Positions 57,980 to 64,000 of a stretch of 64,000 nt of DNA are shown here, one piece after another. Positions within the stretch are counted from its first letter, which is position 1, and each line of letters opens with the position of its first letter. The DNA is from an uncultured Phycisphaeraceae bacterium (GTDB lineage Bacteria > Planctomycetota > Phycisphaerae > Phycisphaerales > UBA1924), in NCBI GenBank assembly GCA_964628245.1, contig CAZVMU010000007.1:66090-130089 (forward strand), read 5' to 3'. The position numbers and the translations under genes were made by a program. Under the pieces are notes generated by a model, which was not told where the DNA came from, did no database searches, and worked only from the letters and a program-made list of their open reading frames with translations.

Positions 57980-58198
57980 TGCTCTTCCGATTCGACGGGC
58001 ATGCCGCCCGCGGAGGTTCCCTGCACCTCCCGCCTCGGCGGCTTCGACTCACCATCGGGAATCTGTCATTTGACGTGAACAAATGCCACCCCGTCGGGGG
58101 TGGTGTGTGCGCCGGCGTGGCGGTCGCGAGGACTGTGCTGTTCGCAAGGGGCGATGATCCGGTCCGGACGCGCCCGAGAACGCTGTCCGTCCCAGAAC

Positions 58199-59548
58199 TC
58201 ACTTCCCCGTTGGTGGGAGTTCCGCGTTCTTCTGCTCCAGCAACTTCACACGCCCGAGCACCTCATCGCGGCGGGCCGTCTGATCCTTGGTCAGTTCGGC
58301 CGGCAACTTCGCGAGAATGCTCCTGGACTTCTCCGGCTCGCGCGAGAGCATCGCGCACTCGGCGACCATGAGACGCGACTCGATCTCGGCCGCGCCGCCC
58401 AGAGGTTTCTGAGCATCGGTGCACGCCCGGGCATATCGGTCGAGTTCCGCCGCCGCGCTGTCGGCACGTTCCTTGATGCGGGCCTGGCCCTGCTCGTGCC
58501 GCGCCCAGTTGAGGAGCGTGACCGCCTTGAGGGCGCGTCCATCAAGTACCGTGGGATCGTCGGCGATCGCGCGGTCCATCTCCTGCATCCCTTGGCCGAA
58601 CTGCTTCGTGCCCTCTTTGAAGTCGCCCTTCACGAACGATTCGTTGCTGCGGATCGTCCGGAGGAAGCCGCGCCAGGCCCGAGCGCTCGCGTCGGCGACA
58701 TCGGCCTCGAGGCGCGCATCCACCACCGCGATCGCGCGATCCAGCGCCTTGTAGTCGCCGCGTCCGCCAGCACGGATGTCCTTGACCAGCGGCTTCACCC
58801 ACTCGACGTCGCGGAGCGTGAGCGCCGAGTCGATCGCGAGGAGCGTCGTGTCCTTGGGACGGTGGGCGGCGTCCTCGGCCTGGGCCTTCTTGAGTTGCTC
58901 GCCGGCCATCAACTTGTACTTGTCGGCCTTGGCCTTGTCGCCCAGTCGCTCCCAGCCGTCGCTCAGCCACGCCGCGATCATCCGCGACTCCTGCGCGGGA
59001 ACGCGCTCGTTCGGATCGTTCACGAGCACCAGGGCGAGTTCGAGATCCTCGACGGCGGTCTTCAGCGCCTTGGCCTTGCTCTCGGGGTTGGGGTCATAGA
59101 CCGACGACTCGAGCATCGTCTTGCCGCGCACCATCCGCACGACGGGGTTGTCGCCCTGGAGTTCCACGGCATGATTCAACCCGGCCACGCCCTCGGTCCA
59201 CAGGCGCATGCCTTCCTGCGGATTGCCCGAGGCGAAGGCCTGCCCGCAACTCGCCGTCATCCCGGCCCCGCGCCACGCCATCGCCTCCGCGTTCTCCGGA
59301 TTCTGCCGAAGGATGTCGTCCGTCGAGGCGATCGCCCGGGACATGGCCTCGCTGTCGCCATCGAATCCGCGGAGGAAGTCCTCCATCACATTGCGGGGCA
59401 CGCCCGAATCGGTCGACTGACCGGCGGGCTGACTTGCCGCAGGGTGGGGAGCCGACGCGCCCGCCGCATCCTGGGCAAGGCAGCACTCAATCGGAAGCGA
59501 CACGACCGCGAGCGTGGCGAACCCGGCAATCAATCGACGATGGGACAT
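58199..59548 (-). CDS. secreted TPR-repeat protein
   Basis: Signal peptide (MSHRRLIAGFATLAVVSLPIECCLAQD). Multiple TPR-like helical pairs throughout. Confidence 0.7.
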   Translation of the reverse strand: MSHRRLIAGFATLAVVSLPIECCLAQDAAGASAPHPAASQPAGQSTDSGVPRNVMEDFLRGFDGDSEAMSRAIASTDDILRQNPENAEAMAWRGAGMTASCGQAFASGNPQEGMRLWTEGVAGLNHAVELQGDNPVVRMVRGKTMLESSVYDPNPESKAKALKTAVEDLELALVLVNDPNERVPAQESRMIAAWLSDGWERLGDKAKADKYKLMAGEQLKKAQAEDAAHRPKDTTLLAIDSALTLRDVEWVKPLVKDIRAGGRGDYKALDRAIAVVDARLEADVADASARAWRGFLRTIRSNESFVKGDFKEGTKQFGQGMQEMDRAIADDPTVLDGRALKAVTLLNWARHEQGQARIKERADSAAAELDRYARACTDAQKPLGGAAEIESRLMVAECAMLSREPEKSRSILAKLPAELTKDQTARRDEVLGRVKLLEQKNAELPPTGK

Positions 59549-59728
59549 GGCAAACCTCCTCGTGGGCGTTCTGGCCCGTCACGGCGAGTCTTGGAACACG
59601 GAACCCTAGACCCCTTGATTCGGAGGGGGGTGGTCCGGGTTTCGCATCGGACGTGAAACAGCCCACGCCGCGAGGTGGATTCTGGGTGATCAAGAATCGA
59701 GTTCGCCCAACCACGAACGCCTGCCGAC

Positions 59729-61840
59729 TCATGCGGGCGTGGGCATCGTCCCCGGCGGCATCTCGGGCGGGGCGTCGCCGGCCCGCGGCGCGTTGGGGTC
59801 TGCTAGCTTTCGCGTCTCGGCCTTCAGAATATCGCTCACGGTCGGGCGAGAGAGCCGCTCGCCACGCATGAGGCGCTCGACCTCATCCGCCGAGAGCGTC
59901 TCGTGCTTGAGCAGCCCCTCGGCGACCGCGACGACCTTCTCCCAGTTCTCATCGATGATCCGGACGGCGTCGTGATAGGCCTCGTCCACGAGCCTTTTGA
60001 TCTCGTGGTCGATCTCGCCGGCGGTCTCCTCGGAGAACTCCCGCTCGGCGATGAACCGCTCGCGCGTGTCGACGCCGCTGTAGCGGACGAATCCGAGCCG
60101 CTCGCTCATGCCCCACTCGAGGACCATCGTCCTTGCGATGCTCGTGACCTGGAGGATGTCCTGGGAGGCGCCGCTCGAAACGTCGTTCATGGCGCGCTGC
60201 TCGGCGATGCGCCCGCCGCAGAGCACGCGCATCGTCGCCTTGAGCCACTTGAGCCCATAGCCCATGCGGTCCTTCTCGGGAAGGCTGAAGGTCGCGCCCC
60301 CGGCCGCCCCGCGCGCGATGATCGTCACCTTGTGCAACGGATCGGCGTCCTTCAGGATCGACTGGAGAACGGCATGCCCCGCCTCGTGGTACGCCACGAG
60401 TTTGTTCTCGTCCTTCTCGCGGACGCGGCTCTTCTTGGCGCGGCCGAACTTCACCTTGTCGCGGGCCTCTTCGAGGTCCTCCTGCTCGACGAAGTCCTTC
60501 TCCTGCATCGTCGCGGAGATCGCGGCCTCGTTGATGATCGCGGCGAGGTCGGCCCCGCTGAACATCGGCGTGCCACGAGCGACGCGTTCGAGGTCCACGT
60601 CCGGACCCATCTTCACCTTCTTCGCGTGCACGCGGAGGATCTCCACGCGCCCCTTGAGGTCCGGGAGCGGGACCGTCACCTGGCGATCGAACCGGCCCGG
60701 GCGGATCAGCGCGGGGTCCAGCACGTCGGCGCGATTGGTCGCGGCGATCACGATCACGCCGTCGCTGGGCGTGAAGCCGTCCATCTCCACGAGGATCGCG
60801 TTGAGTGTCTGCTCACGCTCGTCGTGCCCGCCCGTGTTGTAGCCGCTGCCGCGCCGGCGCCCGACGGCGTCGATCTCATCCAGGAAGATGATGCACGGCG
60901 ACGATTCCTTCGCCTGCTTGAAGAGGTCGCGGACACGGCTGGCGCCGACGCCCACGAACATCTCGACAAAGTCCGAGCCGGAGATCGAGAAGAACGGAAC
61001 ATCGGCCTCGCCCGCGATCGCCTTGGCGAGGAGCGTCTTGCCGCACCCCGGCTCGCCCACTAGGAGCACGCCGCGCGGGATCCGACCCCCGAGTTTCGCG
61101 AACTTCTTGGGATTCTTGAGGAACTCGATAATCTCGTGGACCTCTTCCTTGGCCTCGTCCACGCCCGCGACATCGGCGAAGGTCACGCCGGTCATCTCCT
61201 TGTTGAGCGTGCGATGCCGGCTCTTGCCGAAGTTTCCGAGCATCCCCGCGCTCGCCCCAGCGCCGCGGAGCATGCGCCCGATCAGGTACCACCCGAGGAG
61301 AACGATCGCCAGCAGCGGCAGGAACGTGAACAAGAGACCCATCCAGGGCCTGGCCGCCACGCTCTTCACATTGCCCGAGGTGATCCGCAGGACCTCGCTC
61401 GTGATCGTCTCGCGTGTCGCCGTGTTGAGAGGGATGACGACAACGGAGGTCTCACTGCCCGTGAGTTTCGCCTCGATCGCCTCGTCACGGACGATGACCG
61501 AGTCGGTGTCGATGGAGTTGGGGTAGAGATTCGCGAACTCCTGAACGGTGATCTCGCGCCCGCCACGGTTTGTGTTCAGCAGCATGAACGCGACCATGAT
61601 CAGCACCATGAACGCGACCATGCCAAAGAGCGATCGCGAGGGCTGGGGCGGCGGTGTCTTTCCGCTCGGACCGCCGGGGCCGCCCTGACCACCACCTTGC
61701 CCACCACCCTGACCAGAACTCCTGGATGTACGAGCCCGAGACGATCCCTGACCTTCATCCGACGACGGACCGGGCGCGGCGAAACCAACTCGATCGAGAA
61801 CGCGTTGTGCCAATCCGTGGATCATCCTGCCTCGTTTCAT
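59729..61840 (-). CDS. ftsH: ATP-dependent zinc metalloprotease FtsH
   Basis: AAA+ Walker [22 protein letters not shown]. Zn-binding HEAGHA. Gly/Gln-rich N-terminal tail ([18 protein letters not shown]). Start assigned to the internal MKRGRM. Confidence 0.9.
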   Translation of the reverse strand: MKRGRMIHGLAQRVLDRVGFAAPGPSSDEGQGSSRARTSRSSGQGGGQGGGQGGPGGPSGKTPPPQPSRSLFGMVAFMVLIMVAFMLLNTNRGGREITVQEFANLYPNSIDTDSVIVRDEAIEAKLTGSETSVVVIPLNTATRETITSEVLRITSGNVKSVAARPWMGLLFTFLPLLAIVLLGWYLIGRMLRGAGASAGMLGNFGKSRHRTLNKEMTGVTFADVAGVDEAKEEVHEIIEFLKNPKKFAKLGGRIPRGVLLVGEPGCGKTLLAKAIAGEADVPFFSISGSDFVEMFVGVGASRVRDLFKQAKESSPCIIFLDEIDAVGRRRGSGYNTGGHDEREQTLNAILVEMDGFTPSDGVIVIAATNRADVLDPALIRPGRFDRQVTVPLPDLKGRVEILRVHAKKVKMGPDVDLERVARGTPMFSGADLAAIINEAAISATMQEKDFVEQEDLEEARDKVKFGRAKKSRVREKDENKLVAYHEAGHAVLQSILKDADPLHKVTIIARGAAGGATFSLPEKDRMGYGLKWLKATMRVLCGGRIAEQRAMNDVSSGASQDILQVTSIARTMVLEWGMSERLGFVRYSGVDTRERFIAEREFSEETAGEIDHEIKRLVDEAYHDAVRIIDENWEKVVAVAEGLLKHETLSADEVERLMRGERLSRPTVSDILKAETRKLADPNAPRAGDAPPEMPPGTMPTPA

Positions 61841-62166
61841 GCTCGCGTCGGTCACCACTCCCACCCGAATCCCATACACCTTCTTCGGCCTCACTCTCTC
61901 ACAGATGCAGCCCGACCCGAAACGATTCTCGGTCCTTGCCCCCCGCAACCTCTCTGGATTGCCAGATTGAGGCTCGTCAGATCTCATTGAGAGTATAGGG
62001 ATTCTGCCCCGGTTCCCTTTCTGGAGCCCACGAGATCGCTCCTCGACGCTTCCAAGGCAACTCCATATCTCTCAGTCCAATGGTCTAAATGGGCATGTGC
62101 CGGTCACGCTGTTCTACGTCCCATACGCAACTCGAACATCCCCAGTTCGCGTTGGCTTCGCCCACA

Positions 62167-62718
62167 CTACCACTGCGTCTGGAGTTCGCGCACGAGGTCC
62201 TTGGCGAGTCGGTCGATCGCCGCTCGCTCGCCCATCGCCAATCGCTCGCCCGTCCCGCGCGCGGGCACAAACGTGTCCACGGCCGAGAATCCGCGCCGGC
62301 TCACGAGCACGTCGCCCGTCCGCTGGTCGGTCCAGTCAAAGTCCACGCGGAGTTCGACGGCGAGTTGATCGACAAAGCCCGTCTGCGAGTCGCGGGCCGT
62401 CTGGTGGAGGTTCTCGCCGCGGATCACGCCCTTGAGTTGCGTGTCCGCCGCGCCGATACTCACCACGCGCACGTCGGTGGAGCGCTGGAGTTCCTTGATG
62501 ATCGCCTCGGTGAGCGTCGCCTCGATCCCCGGCGCGAACGTCGCATTCTCAAACATCGGAACGGCGATCGTCCGCACGCGGCTCGTGCCGACCGAAGACA
62601 TCGTGCTGGCGAAGGAATACCCCTTTGCGGGGTCATTCGAGCACGCCGACAGCAACGACGCGCCCGTGGCGAAGACGATGAGAAGGCCCACCGTGCGAAT
62701 CGCCGCACCTGGACTCAT
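62167..62718 (-). CDS. LptE-like LPS-assembly lipoprotein
   Basis: Lipobox LLSAC. About 180 aa with LptE-like architecture. Adjacent to a BamD-like gene. Sequence similarity to LptE is weak; the call rests on architecture. Confidence 0.45.
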   Translation of the reverse strand: MSPGAAIRTVGLLIVFATGASLLSACSNDPAKGYSFASTMSSVGTSRVRTIAVPMFENATFAPGIEATLTEAIIKELQRSTDVRVVSIGAADTQLKGVIRGENLHQTARDSQTGFVDQLAVELRVDFDWTDQRTGDVLVSRRGFSAVDTFVPARGTGERLAMGERAAIDRLAKDLVRELQTQW

Positions 62719-63914
62719 GGTGTCCCCTCTGGACTGTCCTGCGCCGGCTCGCGTGGAACACTCGGCATCGAACCGGTCGGATCATTCCTGGTCTCTGGTG
62801 CGGCCGGCCCGAGCAGAGTTGGCCCGGGTGCGCCGTCGGGCGTCGTTTCGAGCGTGCTCGCCGAGCCTGGCTTGGAGACCGCCCACCCTTTGTCCTTGAG
62901 AATCTCGATCGCGCGGGCCGCGGCCGCCGTTTCGGGAGTGTCGCGGATGATGCGATTGAGGATGTATCGCGCGCCGACGTCGTCGCCTCGCTTCATGGTG
63001 AAGCGTGCGGTCTGCAGGCGCTGCTGGGCGATCGACTCGACGAGGCGTACCTCGAGCGCGTCGCTGAGGCCCTTCTCCTCGGCCTCGCGCGGGAACTGCT
63101 CGGCAAACTCTCGCGTCAGCACGATCGCATCACGATACGGCGAGGCGTCGTACCGAGGCCCCTTCACCATCGCGATCGTCGCGTAGATCCGGCGCTGCTT
63201 CGCGAGCGAGACATACTCGCTGCGCGGGAACATCGCGGCAAAGACGTCGTACGCCTGGATCGCCATCTTCAGGTCGCGATCGCGGAAGTAGAAGTCGCCC
63301 AACGCGAGCAACGCCCGCTCGAGGAGGCGGCTGTTGGGCAGGCGCAGCCCGATGCGATAGATGATCGCCTCCGCCACGGGCACGCCCGAATCGATGCGCA
63401 CGCCCAACACCTTGCGACGCCGCCCGTCGAGATACGTGTTCGCGATCTCAAACTCGCGTTCCAGAGCCGTCACAAAGTGCTCGGAGGATGGGAAGAGCGT
63501 GACCAACTGCTCATAGTCGCGGATCGCGGCCTCCTCGCGACCCTCGGCGAGTTTCGCATCGCCACGGAGCAGGTAGCCCTCCGCGGCATATGGACTCTTC
63601 AGCGACCCCGCTCTTTCAAGCCAGTCCGACAGGAGTTCCTTCGCGACCGAGGGTTTGCCGGACGCGAGCGCCACTCGAGCCTCGGCGATCACCGCGGCAT
63701 CCGTCCCCGGGTCCGGCGCCTTCACCTCCACCCACTGCCCACTCGCGTCGAGCGTGTACTCGCGCGACTGGGCTATCGCCGATGGTGTGAACGCACCGAG
63801 AGTCATCGCGATGCAGACCGCGAGTCCAGAGACCGACGTTCCACGACGTGCGCTGTGCTGTGGCACACGTGCCGGTGCATCACTCGCCGAGATTCGACTT
63901 CCGAATCGCTCCAT
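62715..63914 (-). CDS. BamD-like TPR outer-membrane assembly lipoprotein
   Basis: Signal peptide plus TPR helices (AAEGYLLRGDAKLAEGREEAAIRDYEQLVTLFPSSEHFVTALEREFEIANTYL...). 4-nt overlap with the downstream gene. Confidence 0.45.
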   Translation of the reverse strand: MERFGSRISASDAPARVPQHSARRGTSVSGLAVCIAMTLGAFTPSAIAQSREYTLDASGQWVEVKAPDPGTDAAVIAEARVALASGKPSVAKELLSDWLERAGSLKSPYAAEGYLLRGDAKLAEGREEAAIRDYEQLVTLFPSSEHFVTALEREFEIANTYLDGRRRKVLGVRIDSGVPVAEAIIYRIGLRLPNSRLLERALLALGDFYFRDRDLKMAIQAYDVFAAMFPRSEYVSLAKQRRIYATIAMVKGPRYDASPYRDAIVLTREFAEQFPREAEEKGLSDALEVRLVESIAQQRLQTARFTMKRGDDVGARYILNRIIRDTPETAAAARAIEILKDKGWAVSKPGSASTLETTPDGAPGPTLLGPAAPETRNDPTGSMPSVPREPAQDSPEGTP

Positions 63915-63964
63915 GCCGCAAGCATAAGACTGGACCCGCCGTCATGCCGAACGAATCATTCTGC

Positions 63965-64000
63965 ATGAAGACCACCACCGCCATCGTGGTTGCCGCGCTC
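63965..64000 (+). CDS. 5' fragment of a secreted/membrane protein (runs off window)
   Basis: ATG AAG ACC ACC ACC GCC ATC GTG GTT GCC GCG CTC = MKTTTAIVVAAL. Signal-peptide-like; truncated by the window edge. Confidence 0.25.
   Translation, partial: MKTTTAIVVAAL

Overview
The window is very GC-rich (about 68%) and densely coding. Its gene content points to a Planctomycetota-like genome: a DUF1559 prepilin-type protein, a HAF-repeat protein with a PEP-CTERM-like tail, and several secreted beta-propeller and repeat proteins. Gene products and families are assigned from motifs read in the translations, not from any search. No homology search was run.

Housekeeping genes:
- a carboxyltransferase subunit of an acyl-CoA carboxylase
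- a partial respiratory complex I operon, nuoJ-K-L-M-N, on the minus strand
- phospholipid genes pgsA and pgpA
- a replication and ribosome cluster: ssb, rplI, an SRAP/YedK-like peptidase, dnaB
- acpP-fabF, pdxH, rlmN, asnS, argS, ftsH
- an AddAB-like helicase-nuclease pair
- a flotillin, an orphan MalK/UgpC-like ABC ATPase, a GT2 glycosyltransferase
- LptE-like and BamD-like outer-membrane assembly genes

No rRNA, tRNA, CRISPR array or mobile element was recognised.

Most notable observations:
1. Three otherwise unrelated secreted proteins share an almost identical C-terminal module, roughly 68 aa. It is two tandem dockerin/EF-hand-like repeats and ends exactly in Gly-Cys at the stop.
2. A single gene fuses an alpha/beta-hydrolase, a polytopic membrane domain and an ATP-grasp ligase. 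It is coupled by an ATGA overlap to rlmN.
3. NuoL carries a His/Asp-rich insertion and NuoJ has a long C-terminal extension.
4. A TPR domain is fused to a YggX-like Fe(II)-trafficking domain.
5. An ATGA-coupled operon links a GT2 glycosyltransferase, a BshC-like protein, a lipoprotein substrate-binding protein and argS.

Many long antisense ORFs in the six-frame track are judged to be GC-driven artefacts.
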